Below are positions 37,646 through 47,037 of a stretch of DNA of 64,000 nucleotides, in pieces. The DNA lies in the IMG/VR virus record IMGVR_UViG_3300020451_002055; one strand, 5' to 3'. Under the pieces are notes generated by a model. The model did no database searches. It saw only the letters and a program-made list of their open reading frames with translations, and was not told the origin of the DNA. Origin of the DNA: a virus (lineage: Duplodnaviria > Heunggongvirae > Uroviricota > Caudoviricetes). A program made the translations under genes and the position numbers. Position 1 is the stretch's first letter. Every line of letters starts with the position of its first letter.

Positions 37646-38272
37646 CTAGGCAAGACCGATCTTGATCAGACCCATGAGGGTTTTGCCATCCACGATCTTA
37701 TGGATGTTGCCCTCATCATCTTTCACGCCTTGAACGAGCTTTCTGATCTCATCGTAGGTCAACCAGTCAGAGACAATGGCTTCGCTCTCGTCGTCGAGGC
37801 CTCCGTCTTGACTGGTTTCGCCCGTCTTGTCAACGGTTGCTGTGAAGATGAAATGCTGCTCATTCACGAAGCCCGGAGAGACATAGTAGCTGGTCTCGAA
37901 CTTCGTGTTTCCTTCCTCGATCTCGACGCCAGCCTCTTCTTCAACCTCGCGGATGAAAGTAGACATGGGCGTCTCGCCGTCGTCGATCAAGCCAGCGACG
38001 GTCTCGTAGATCCAGGCGAGATGAGCATCTCCGGTTTCGTGATAGATCGGATACCTGAACTGACGGAGCATCAAGACCTTCTCTTCGGAAGGGCAATGGA
38101 CGATGCCAGCGACAGCGCTCCGGCTGATAATAAACTCCCTCGTAGCGGTAGGGATCATGCCGGGCGAGCGAGGCTTGGAGATGTCAAACCGAGCGCATCG
38201 CAATCTCAGATAGCGCGGGTCTTTGAGCCTCTCGTCTTTCAGTACCGAAATATCGGGAGTTAGTTTGATCAT
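37646..38272 (-). CDS. Nudix hydrolase
   Basis: Nudix box GLIDDGETPMSTFIREVEEEAGVEI (Gx5Ex7REUxEExGU). Confidence 0.8.
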   Translation of the reverse strand: MIKLTPDISVLKDERLKDPRYLRLRCARFDISKPRSPGMIPTATREFIISRSAVAGIVHCPSEEKVLMLRQFRYPIYHETGDAHLAWIYETVAGLIDDGETPMSTFIREVEEEAGVEIEEGNTKFETSYYVSPGFVNEQHFIFTATVDKTGETSQDGGLDDESEAIVSDWLTYDEIRKLVQGVKDDEGNIHKIVDGKTLMGLIKIGLA

Positions 38273-38511
38273 GCGGAGAAATGCTCGATTGCGTTCAGGA
38301 TAATGGAAAGGATGAGAGCAATACCGCTAACCGATCCGATAAGACCAAAGATAGCAGCAAGGCCGAAACGCTTAAAGATGCCGCCATCTTCGATGCCGTC
38401 GCCGTCCATGAGCATCTTCATATTGAGCAGTTGGGTGCCAACCGCAAGGACGATGCCTGCTGCTGCGACGATGAGGAATAGTAGCCAGTTGGCGATGAGG
38501 AACTCGATCAT
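38269..38511 (-). CDS. small membrane protein
   Basis: 80 aa, two TM helices. Confidence 0.4.
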   Translation of the reverse strand: MIEFLIANWLLFLIVAAAGIVLAVGTQLLNMKMLMDGDGIEDGGIFKRFGLAAIFGLIGSVSGIALILSIILNAIEHFSA

Positions 38512-38523
38512 GGGTAAATCCTT

Positions 38524-38745
38524 TCAGTTGGCCGCTATGATACTGCCATCCGGGTTGCACCTGTAGCGCTCAGATGTATCAACACCAGTAGGAGATCCAT
38601 CGCAGTTATGGAGCCGGTAAAGATTCGACTGGTTTCCATTCTTCAGAATGACTATCCAGATATTTGGAGCGGCCTCTACTATGTTTGCAATCGACTTGTC
38701 AGTCGTCATGATTTCTCCTGTTGTCTTAGCCCTTGAGAACAGCAA
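38524..38745 (-). CDS. small hypothetical protein
   Basis: 73 aa. Confidence 0.3.
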   Translation of the reverse strand: MLFSRAKTTGEIMTTDKSIANIVEAAPNIWIVILKNGNQSNLYRLHNCDGSPTGVDTSERYRCNPDGSIIAAN

Positions 38746-40006
38746 TAGGCTTGAGTTCGGTTTCGATATCTACAAGGTCTGCCTGATTCTCCATGACAGC
38801 ACCTACGTCTTTGTATGCAGTACCTAGCTCGTCATGAGCATTTCTGGTTCCGTATAGCTCAACATTTGCCTTGCCAAGCTGCGACTCTTGCGACGGGTCA
38901 ACACCCTCCTTGACTCGCCTCTTTGCCTCGGTCCTGCTGAAGTTACGACCCGAGCCATGAGAGCAACTGTTCATGCTGTCCTTGTTGCCCTTGCCCTTTA
39001 CGATGTATGACTTCGTAGTCATCGAGCCGGGTATGATGCCGATGGTCTGCGGGCGAGCAAGAGTCGCGCCCTTGCGATGGACCCATACATTCTCGCCGCC
39101 GTGATTCTCTTGAGCAGCGTAGTTGTGATGGATGTTGATGAAGTCGGCAAGAGGATTGGTCTGATGAACCTGATCTCTCAAGGCAGACTGAGCCGCTCTC
39201 ATCATGGCTGCTCTGTTCTGATACGCAAAGTCTTGAGCGATCTGCATCGCCTCGATGTAGTATTGCCCTTCCGCGCAGTCGATTGGAAGGTAAGCAAGGT
39301 CTTGGGTCTCAAGCTTACTGAAGTACCTTGAACAAATGGCCTTGGCAGCGTTATGGTGCTGCTTAGCGGTCTGAGCCCCATAGCCTCTCGAACCGCTATG
39401 GATCATGATCCATGCGATACCGCTGCTATCCTTCTGTAGCTCAACGAAGTGATTGCCGCCGCCGAGCGTACCTAGCTGACATCTGAATCGCTCAAAGTCA
39501 GGCGGAGCCTCGAACTTACCATGCTCGTCAGCCATGACAGCATGACGCTGAGCTAGTTCATCAGCAGCCTTCTTGAACTTGGGTTCGGAAAGAACATCTG
39601 CTTTGCCGCTATGCGACTTTCCTTCTCCATGAGGGATGAGTTCTTTCCACTCAACCATGAGCTTGCGAACATCTAGGTCGTTTGCTAGAACGCCCGAGTT
39701 CCACGCGCACATGCCGCATCCAATATCAACGCCAACAGCATTGGGGATGATCGCTCCCTTAGTCGGAAGAACGCAGCCAATGGGTACGCCCTTGCCGTAA
39801 TGAGCATCCGGCATAAGAGCAATATGACCATGAGCGCAAGGCAATCGAGCTACCATGCCTACTTGTAGTCGAGTGTTCTCGCCTATAGCAGGTATGTAAC
39901 GTCCTAGTTCATCGGAATACTCTACCGCCCATATCTTGACCGGTCTTCCTCCCGTTTCCTCCGGAGGTAGAACTGCCATTCTGCTCTTTGGGTTCTTCTT
40001 GCTCAT
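38726..40006 (-). CDS. rtcB: RtcB-family RNA 3'-phosphate/2',3'-cyclic-phosphate ligase
   Basis: GGGNHF, HSGSRG and SCSHGSGR signature blocks with conserved metal-binding Cys/His. Confidence 0.9.
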   Translation of the reverse strand: MSKKNPKSRMAVLPPEETGGRPVKIWAVEYSDELGRYIPAIGENTRLQVGMVARLPCAHGHIALMPDAHYGKGVPIGCVLPTKGAIIPNAVGVDIGCGMCAWNSGVLANDLDVRKLMVEWKELIPHGEGKSHSGKADVLSEPKFKKAADELAQRHAVMADEHGKFEAPPDFERFRCQLGTLGGGNHFVELQKDSSGIAWIMIHSGSRGYGAQTAKQHHNAAKAICSRYFSKLETQDLAYLPIDCAEGQYYIEAMQIAQDFAYQNRAAMMRAAQSALRDQVHQTNPLADFINIHHNYAAQENHGGENVWVHRKGATLARPQTIGIIPGSMTTKSYIVKGKGNKDSMNSCSHGSGRNFSRTEAKRRVKEGVDPSQESQLGKANVELYGTRNAHDELGTAYKDVGAVMENQADLVDIETELKPIAVLKG

Positions 40007-40221
40007 TTATCGATCTTCTTCTTTCTTCTTTCCCTCATGGTTCTGGTAAGGTTTTCTGCTAGGGCAATAGTGCCCAGCACCGGCCAGAACAGAACAACAG
40101 GAGCAACCTCATCGGCATCTTCTGAGTCGATTTCATCAAGACCTGCAGCAATACCTGCAAAAATCATTCCAATGAAAGCGTAGATAGCTACCGCTATCCC
40201 TACCCAGGCAAGTGGATGCAT
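40003..40221 (-). CDS. small membrane protein
   Basis: 72 aa. Confidence 0.4.
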   Translation of the reverse strand: MHPLAWVGIAVAIYAFIGMIFAGIAAGLDEIDSEDADEVAPVVLFWPVLGTIALAENLTRTMRERRKKKIDK

Positions 40222-40412
40222 TATTTACCTCTCAGGTGTTCATGGAGCATACGGAGTATCGAGCCCAAAAGAGCGACTCCAACAAACGGCCACAAAAACA
40301 TCATGTAAGACAGAAATGCAAATTGCACGTTACCGTCTTTAGAGCAGATGCCTGTTATGAATGAGCCGATGGCAAGGTAGATGCCGACTACTATCAGAAT
40401 CGTTTCCAGCAT
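40221..40412 (-). CDS. small membrane protein
   Basis: 63 aa. Confidence 0.4.
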   Translation of the reverse strand: MLETILIVVGIYLAIGSFITGICSKDGNVQFAFLSYMMFLWPFVGVALLGSILRMLHEHLRGK

Positions 40413-40424
40413 GTTGCCATGCTA

Positions 40425-41441
40425 TTAGTTTTTGATTCCACTTGCAGAGGTAAAGCTAACGGTGCCGATCGTCGTTTCCACCTTCATCCGAGGCCAATCG
40501 AAAGACTTCTTGTCCTTCTGTCGAATGGCGGTCATCAACTGATGCGTAAGCTGAGTATTGATCCGGTCCATTCTCATATTCTTGTTGAGACGCTTTGCAA
40601 CGTCTCTAAAATACGCGGCCTGAACAGAGTCGGACTCTTCTCTCAAAAACGATGCCTCGATCATGATGCCGCTGTCATAGGTTGTTTCTTTGGCTTTGAG
40701 CCATGCGACTCTAGAATCAATGATGCGAGAGATGTCCCTGAGCTTGAACGCAGCTTCGCTGGCATGAAGAGAGCATTGAGGATAAAGCTCTTTCAGAACA
40801 GGCAGAACATCATGACGCAATCTATTACGGGTAATGGTCATGTCAGAGTTCGTAACATCCTCATGCCAGGGGATGTCATTGCATTCACAAATCTCGATAC
40901 AATCAGCCTTTGAGATACGGAGCATTGGTCTAATGACCTTGCAGTTGATCTTGGTCTCGACAGGAATCCTTGATGAAGGCGGAATGGCGGCAAGACCCGT
41001 GATGCCGCTACCTCTGCAGAGACGCATGAGCAAAGTCTCAAGCTGATCGTCGGCATGATGAGCCGTAGCGATAGTGCCGTTCTCTCCGGCGCTAATAGCA
41101 AGGGACTGATAGCGGACTTCTCTTGCTTCGGCTTCCGTAGAACAGTTGGTCAGCCGGGACTTGGGCTCATACCAGGTTGCCATGTTGAACAAATCGCATC
41201 GGCGGCATGCTTCAAGGGCCGCATCATGGCTCTTGTTTTCCTCTTCTGCCGACCTGATTCCATGGTACACAAAAACAGGTTGCAAGTCCGCTTTTATTCT
41301 TGACAGGCAGAATAGCATGGCAGCGGAATCTACGCCACCGGACAATGCAACAACAACCTGCTTACGAGAGTCATGCAGTCGTCGGAAATCAGAGATAACC
41401 GTCTCAATCGCCTGTCTTGGTTGAGCCATGTTCAGGTCCAA
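40425..41441 (-). CDS. tilS: tRNA(Ile)-lysidine synthetase
   Basis: PP-loop SGGVDS near the N-terminus, and TAHHADDQLETLLMRLCRGSG. Confidence 0.85.
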   Translation of the reverse strand: MDLNMAQPRQAIETVISDFRRLHDSRKQVVVALSGGVDSAAMLFCLSRIKADLQPVFVYHGIRSAEEENKSHDAALEACRRCDLFNMATWYEPKSRLTNCSTEAEAREVRYQSLAISAGENGTIATAHHADDQLETLLMRLCRGSGITGLAAIPPSSRIPVETKINCKVIRPMLRISKADCIEICECNDIPWHEDVTNSDMTITRNRLRHDVLPVLKELYPQCSLHASEAAFKLRDISRIIDSRVAWLKAKETTYDSGIMIEASFLREESDSVQAAYFRDVAKRLNKNMRMDRINTQLTHQLMTAIRQKDKKSFDWPRMKVETTIGTVSFTSASGIKN

Positions 41442-42039
41442 TGGTCAGAGTTTTGTCAGTATCAACTATGATACCGCTGAATCTCCTCACCTGAACCCCA
41501 TGCGTCACCGCTAAAAAGTGATGCATCTCCCAAAAGCCCGGCTCGAAAACGTGCCCGACATCGCCGATGATAACTTCTCGTATCCCGCGAGAAATGATGC
41601 CCCGAAAGCATGGGTTACAAGGAACACCCGTAACGTAGATGCGGCAGCCGGTCATGTCGGCTCTTGTTGACTGATCGAGAGCATTCCGCTCGGCGTGCAT
41701 CATGTGCGGATACTTGCGACCATCGACTCTATTGTTGGGTAGCTTATCGTCGAACGACCCGGACAAAAAGCCGTTGAATCCAGTAGAGACGATATGGTTT
41801 TTCTCGTCAACAATGACGGCCCCATGCTGAGTATCAGCATCATGGGAACACTTGGAACAGATGTAGGCCATCGACATGAACGCAGAGTCCATGCTCCATC
41901 GCTCATAGTCTTCGGTTCGAGAGTTGATGCGAATGCCTAGAGCTTCTTCAAGCTCATCAACCGTGTCTTCGTTTACTTCTCTGTTCAGTCGTTTGAGAGT
42001 TTCATGAATTGCGGGAATATATCTCATGAGCCTTTCCAC
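41404..42039 (-). CDS. dCMP/cytidine deaminase (CDA fold)
   Basis: Zinc motifs HAERNAL and PCNPC. Confidence 0.8.
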   Translation of the reverse strand: MERLMRYIPAIHETLKRLNREVNEDTVDELEEALGIRINSRTEDYERWSMDSAFMSMAYICSKCSHDADTQHGAVIVDEKNHIVSTGFNGFLSGSFDDKLPNNRVDGRKYPHMMHAERNALDQSTRADMTGCRIYVTGVPCNPCFRGIISRGIREVIIGDVGHVFEPGFWEMHHFLAVTHGVQVRRFSGIIVDTDKTLTIGPEHGSTKTGD

Positions 42040-42854
42040 CTATCCGATCGAACCTTCAGCGACCCGCTTTTTAGCAGGCTGAGTCGCTTCTGTCCTTCAT
42101 CGGCATAGGGCTCATATAGTTCCATACATACACATCTTCGCTCATGTATGGCAGCAGCAACTCCTGTTGTGCATGATCCTGCAAACGGGTCAACAACCAT
42201 GTCTCCTTTGTTGGACAAAGACAGTATCAAGGTACCCGCTAGTTCGACAGGAAACTGGCAAGGATGACTCGTCTTTTCTACATGATTATGCTTGACATTA
42301 GGTATGGGCCATACATCCCCAGGATTTGCTCCGAGAGGATTACTGCTTAGCTGCCCCTTCTTCGGCCCTTTGTAGTACTTCTTGCCCGGATACTTCTGAG
42401 GGACTCGAACAGGATCAAGATTGTAGGTGAAATCGTCCGATTTGCTCCACCATAGAATAGTCTCATGGCGACCTGAGAATCGGTTAGAGCAATGAAGTCC
42501 GTGAGAGAATGTCCATACTATGCGATTGCGGAGCTTGAATCCGAGGTCTTTGAATATCGGATAGAAGATGCAATCAAGAGGAACTACCTCTGTTGAACCT
42601 TTTTCTTTCTCGATGCTATTCCCAACCTGCCAGCAAATACTGCCTGTAGGAGAAAGAACTCGATAGCATTCCCTTATGATCGATGATTGCCAATCAAGGT
42701 ACGCATCTAGAGTCTGCGTGTCTTCATACTCTTTGCCTACATTGTAGGGAGGCGATGTGAGAACAAGCTGAACCGAACTGTCTTCAAGCTCGGCCAGCCC
42801 GTCTTCGCATTTGCCTCGGTAGATTTCAGTTTGACTGGTATCAATGAACATCAA
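42024..42854 (-). CDS. DNA methyltransferase, beta class (N6-adenine or N4-cytosine)
   Basis: Motif IV LTSPPYN precedes motif I VVDPFAGSCTTG. Confidence 0.8.
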   Translation of the reverse strand: MMFIDTSQTEIYRGKCEDGLAELEDSSVQLVLTSPPYNVGKEYEDTQTLDAYLDWQSSIIRECYRVLSPTGSICWQVGNSIEKEKGSTEVVPLDCIFYPIFKDLGFKLRNRIVWTFSHGLHCSNRFSGRHETILWWSKSDDFTYNLDPVRVPQKYPGKKYYKGPKKGQLSSNPLGANPGDVWPIPNVKHNHVEKTSHPCQFPVELAGTLILSLSNKGDMVVDPFAGSCTTGVAAAIHERRCVCMELYEPYADEGQKRLSLLKSGSLKVRSDRWKGS

Positions 42855-43213
42855 GTGATACTGTTGAGCGAGACGTATATCCCGTCGAAGTCCTCAATCT
42901 CATGGATAGCGGCATCGATCATGTCTTCGACATCGCTGATTGCGTCGATGAGTTCCATCGCATTGCTGATCTGAGTCTTAGGTCGAATGCCGATCTCAAG
43001 AACCGGAAGCGATATCTCGCCGCCGACAGTAGCCGAAGCAGGATCGACTTCGAGGTCGATATTGTTCCACTTCTGCTCTGAAACAAACTCGGCAAGATCG
43101 GTAGCGATCTGTCGAGCAAGGGCGTTTGCTTGCTCTTGATTCCTATCCTTGAACGCGACAACGATCTTGTTGCCTCTCTCGTAGCAGAAAATGTCATTCA
43201 GATGCTTAGCCAT
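42851..43213 (-). CDS. hypothetical protein
   Basis: 120-aa acidic ORF. Confidence 0.45.
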   Translation of the reverse strand: MAKHLNDIFCYERGNKIVVAFKDRNQEQANALARQIATDLAEFVSEQKWNNIDLEVDPASATVGGEISLPVLEIGIRPKTQISNAMELIDAISDVEDMIDAAIHEIEDFDGIYVSLNSIT

Positions 43214-43359
43214 GCGTGCCTCGAATATACCGGAGAAATCTCTTCATAGGGCTCATCTTTGGGGCTCTCATCGGAGGCCCAACGCTGAGTGCCTGACGAC
43301 CCTCAAAAGTTAGTTCCATCTGAAAGCACCTGATAGCGCTACCCGGAGGAGAAATCTCT

Positions 43360-44025
43360 TTAACTCGCTTGATGTATCTGCTCTGCATGCTGCGGTCTCA
43401 GGTGGCTAGTCAAATCAAGACGATCAGCAACAAGCTTCACGATCCCATCCCAGTCGTCATAAGGCATAACGATGTAGCTGTCACTTCCAACGTACAGATC
43501 AAGCAGGCTGCGAATGTAGTCATCCATCCTTCGGGCCTTGTCTTCGTTTTCATATCTTCCCTTACCTACATACGGTCTGTCGCCTCGATCAAGAAAGATA
43601 TGCAAACCCGGATAGGCTTCCTCATGAAGCTCTGCAAGCGAAATGAGAGAGTTGAAGGTTTTGCTATGATACTTGCGGGCATACGCTGCTCCGAGGAATA
43701 GCGGCGAGTCGGTAAAGACATGCTGGACGCCAGCCCTTAGAGGTATCTCTTCCTTTCTCTGCTGATTTGCAAAGATGAAGACCTGATCGAATCCTTGCGG
43801 ACTGCGACCTTCCCATGCCCATTCCTTGACAAACTCTTGGATAAGCTCAAACTGAACATCAACAGAGCTATCGACACACATCCTCTTGAACTCTGCGAAC
43901 AAGTCAGATGCAGTTGTACTCTTGCCTGTTCCGGGTCCGCCATACAAGTTGATTCTTCTGATATCAGAACTCAATGCTGTACCTCTTCCTTTTACTCTTT
44001 GCGTAATCGCTTTCTTTGATGACAA
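43360..44025 (-). CDS. P-loop kinase (nucleotide or polynucleotide 5'-kinase-like)
   Basis: Walker A LYGGPGTGKSTTASD at the N-terminus; 221 aa. Confidence 0.55.
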   Translation of the reverse strand: MSSKKAITQRVKGRGTALSSDIRRINLYGGPGTGKSTTASDLFAEFKRMCVDSSVDVQFELIQEFVKEWAWEGRSPQGFDQVFIFANQQRKEEIPLRAGVQHVFTDSPLFLGAAYARKYHSKTFNSLISLAELHEEAYPGLHIFLDRGDRPYVGKGRYENEDKARRMDDYIRSLLDLYVGSDSYIVMPYDDWDGIVKLVADRLDLTSHLRPQHAEQIHQAS

Positions 44026-44803
44026 GCAGTTCTACTGCTTTGTCTTTCTTCGATGTCTGCATGTGCTTGACGACTTCTTTGACTTCAAAATGACAACCAG
44101 GATACAGGTCTCGTATCTGTTCAGAATCGTAGTAAGAAACTACAAAGCTGCCTTCAACATCGAGCATCTGTTTCGCAAGTTCCTCATGGTCAAAGCCATC
44201 TTGCTTATTGACTTGGTAGAAGTCCTTTTCTACGTCAAGATATGGAGGGTCCATATAGAACAGAGTGGAAGGGCTGTCCCATTTACGGAGTATCTCTCTA
44301 TAGTCGAGATTCTCAACGTAAACGCCTCTCATGGACTCTGCCATGGAAATGATGTCTTGCGGCAGCTTTCCCCATGTATATGCGACGTTTTCGCCCCTTC
44401 TAGCTATGCACCATGTCTCTGTCTCTTTGCCGAATATCGATTGACGGTTGTAGATGGCAAACTGACGAGCCCTTTCTACGGGATCATCTTGATCGAAGTC
44501 TCGATCTGACATGATGTAGCTGCGAGCTTTGTCGAAGTCTTCTCTGCTGTAAGGAGACAGGCTGATAGCTCTAGCGAGGTCTTCGGACTCATCTCTTAGG
44601 ACGCGAAAGAAGTTGCAAAGATGACCGTCGAGATCATTGAACACCTTGCGATACTTCGTGCCCGAAGGAATCGGCATAGTAAAACCGACTGCGAATGATC
44701 CTGAGAAACCTTCGCAGTAGACATCATGAGGAGGCAGATTACTCTTGATCCAAGAAGCGATTTTGTTCTTGCCTCCAACTCTTTTGACGATAGTGTTTGC
44801 CAT
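43964..44803 (-). CDS. Dam-family N6-adenine DNA methyltransferase
   Basis: ATG at 44803 (MANTIVKRVGGK) overlaps the upstream stop (TAATG). Motif I EGFSGSFAV, motif IV DPPY. Confidence 0.8.
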   Translation of the reverse strand: MANTIVKRVGGKNKIASWIKSNLPPHDVYCEGFSGSFAVGFTMPIPSGTKYRKVFNDLDGHLCNFFRVLRDESEDLARAISLSPYSREDFDKARSYIMSDRDFDQDDPVERARQFAIYNRQSIFGKETETWCIARRGENVAYTWGKLPQDIISMAESMRGVYVENLDYREILRKWDSPSTLFYMDPPYLDVEKDFYQVNKQDGFDHEELAKQMLDVEGSFVVSYYDSEQIRDLYPGCHFEVKEVVKHMQTSKKDKAVELLVIKESDYAKSKRKRYSIEF

Positions 44804-45552
44804 TACCAGTTGATGTATGCAACGTTCTCGGAACGCTCTACTGTTCCGCCCTTGCGTATGTTCGGAACCTTCTTCTTGACAACCTGCTTCCACTCGTACT
44901 GAGGGAACGTCTCATCTGCTCCGTCTCCGTAAGTCAGAATCACAGGACATGAGAGACGAGCTATGAGGTCTATCGTCTGCTGCGGGCTGTACGACTCTTC
45001 GATTCCACTCTTGGCTGCTTCTTTGTAGTTGCCGCGGGTTCCAACATACGGAGGGTCAAGCAATACAACATCGCCGTCTTGCTCTTGATAGTCTCCGGCA
45101 TCGCCATGAATAATCTCGATGTTTTTCAGTCGATGCAGCATCTTGCTTGTGTCTCTTGCGGGCAGTTTGTGCTGAGGATAGAGAACCCAGCTACTAAGTT
45201 GCCCGGCATAGACGCCAGAGCAGTTGACTCTTACATATGTCTCTGGTCCACGCTCAAGCTCTAGCTCTCTGACATCGGGCTTTTTCTCGGGATGAGCTTC
45301 AACCGCTTCGTTTACTCTTTTCGCGAGAGCAAAGAGCTTGGATGGAGAAGCCTCGTCTCGAAGCCATTTCCATAAGGCAACGATGTCCTCATTGGTATCA
45401 ATGCCGAGGCCTGGCTCAAAGCGGCTCAGCATAAAAGAACCGGAGCCCAAATAGGGCTCTACGACTCGCTTTGGACGAACTTCCAACGGCCTAAGAAGAG
45501 GAACAATGTTCCTCTTGTTGCCTGAGTATCTAAAGAGTAGCGGAGCTTTCAT
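44803..45552 (-). CDS. Dam-like N6-adenine DNA methyltransferase (second copy)
   Basis: YSGNKR, EPYLGSGSF (motif I) and LDPPY (motif IV). Confidence 0.75.
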   Translation of the reverse strand: MKAPLLFRYSGNKRNIVPLLRPLEVRPKRVVEPYLGSGSFMLSRFEPGLGIDTNEDIVALWKWLRDEASPSKLFALAKRVNEAVEAHPEKKPDVRELELERGPETYVRVNCSGVYAGQLSSWVLYPQHKLPARDTSKMLHRLKNIEIIHGDAGDYQEQDGDVVLLDPPYVGTRGNYKEAAKSGIEESYSPQQTIDLIARLSCPVILTYGDGADETFPQYEWKQVVKKKVPNIRKGGTVERSENVAYINW

Positions 45553-46124
45553 CAGCTATCAGCATCAGTATCAATATGCTGACCAATGAGAACCCAGCAT
45601 GAATCAAGCTCTTCAGGAGGCATAGCATCAAGCTTCTTTAGATGCTCAATACATTCGTCTACGCTGGTAAAGATGTTCTCCAAATGGAAAACGCCAAACA
45701 ACCAAGTCGGAAGTCTTTCAATGCCGTCTTCAATGATACAGAAGATAGGCTTACGCTGACGCTCGGCTAGGAATAGCTCGTCGTAGCTGCCGCACATATG
45801 AACATCTGGATCAACCTTGATGATGAGGAAGTCAACGATATCAGTGAATCTCAGGTCTTCTCTACGGAACCCCTTGACAAACTGTCGCATCTCTTCCCAT
45901 TGTCCGTTCTTGCGAAACTTGTCTACTAGGCGAACGCCATCCTCTACCTCTTGCGTGCAGCCTGCGGGCTTGTTGCAGGGATCGATGTAGCGGATACCTA
46001 GATTAGCTTCCTTGGACTTTCTGATGATCTCTTCTCGCCAGCCAACGCCAAGGTCGGGAGCGTAATCGATTGCTCCGCACAAGTAGGCGCGAGATTTGTT
46101 GAGCGTTCCCATGTTCTTCCTCAT
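45552..46124 (-). CDS. nucleoside 2-deoxyribosyltransferase-like / dNMP N-hydrolase-like protein
   Basis: YLCGAIDY near the N-terminus and DPDVHMCGSYDELFLAERQRKP resemble NDT-family motifs. Confidence 0.45.
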   Translation of the reverse strand: MRKNMGTLNKSRAYLCGAIDYAPDLGVGWREEIIRKSKEANLGIRYIDPCNKPAGCTQEVEDGVRLVDKFRKNGQWEEMRQFVKGFRREDLRFTDIVDFLIIKVDPDVHMCGSYDELFLAERQRKPIFCIIEDGIERLPTWLFGVFHLENIFTSVDECIEHLKKLDAMPPEELDSCWVLIGQHIDTDADS

Positions 46125-46723
46125 ACTACCAGGGTTCTTGTGAGCTTGACTTCGGTCTGAATCTTGGGGATACCGATGTCTGTCGCCATGCCGTACTCTT
46201 TCGCTTTCTTCGCGGAAAGATAGAGTTCAGCGTTCTCGATCTCTCTGATCTTGCTTCTCCAGAAACCTTTCTCTTGCCCGGTATTGTCGTCGAGCATGCG
46301 ATAGATCAGGTTGTTTAGTCGAGTGACTTCCTTGGCTCCATGAGCAATCTCAGATTCCTTGCCCCATTCCATAGAAGATACAGAATGAACCATGACGGTT
46401 GCGTTGTTGCCAATGTACCTCTCATCTCCCATAGACATGAGAATAGCTCCGCAACTCATCGCCTTACCTTCGCAAACCGTAATGATCTTCTTATCGCAGT
46501 TCCTCAGATAATCGCACATCGCCAGAAGGGAATATACCTCTCCTCCGTATGAGTCGATGACGATTGGCAGGAAGTCGAAACCTGCTGACATGACCTTCGT
46601 GCAGTCCTTCATGAACTCCTTATACGACTCCGTTGAGAACTTGTTGACAAGGACAAACGGGTAAGGAATCTCAGGAAGGTCTACCTCGCCGAGGATCGGA
46701 TCATGCTTGATGTGTTCAATCAT
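46121..46723 (-). CDS. ClpP-family (S14) serine protease
   Basis: GKAMSCGAILMSMG (Ser nucleophile) and MVHSV (His) in a 200-aa protein. Confidence 0.8.
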   Translation of the reverse strand: MIEHIKHDPILGEVDLPEIPYPFVLVNKFSTESYKEFMKDCTKVMSAGFDFLPIVIDSYGGEVYSLLAMCDYLRNCDKKIITVCEGKAMSCGAILMSMGDERYIGNNATVMVHSVSSMEWGKESEIAHGAKEVTRLNNLIYRMLDDNTGQEKGFWRSKIREIENAELYLSAKKAKEYGMATDIGIPKIQTEVKLTRTLVV

Positions 46724-46758
46724 TGAAGTCTATTTGCCTTATGTTCGATCTCTAAAGT

Positions 46759-47037
46759 ATGCCACGCAAAAGGAAGATCATAGACAAACAGTCGTTCAAG
46801 AAGTCTTGCGGTAAATGCCTCATATGCGGCGAAGACAACTATGACCTCCTAGATGTCCATCGGATCGTTCCCGGCTCTGAGGGAGGCAGATACACGAAGG
46901 ACAACAGCGTTACTCTCTGCTCCAACTGCCATCGTCGAGTCCATGCTGGCGAGATAGACATACACAGATACTACAACTCGACCGCCGGAACGGTCTTGCA
47001 TGTAACTCTGCAAGGCGAAGAGAAGTTTCTCAGGTAA
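46759..47037 (+). CDS. HNH endonuclease
   Basis: CGKCLICG ... H ... CSNCHRRVH zinc-finger HNH arrangement. Confidence 0.8.
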   Translation: MPRKRKIIDKQSFKKSCGKCLICGEDNYDLLDVHRIVPGSEGGRYTKDNSVTLCSNCHRRVHAGEIDIHRYYNSTAGTVLHVTLQGEEKFLR

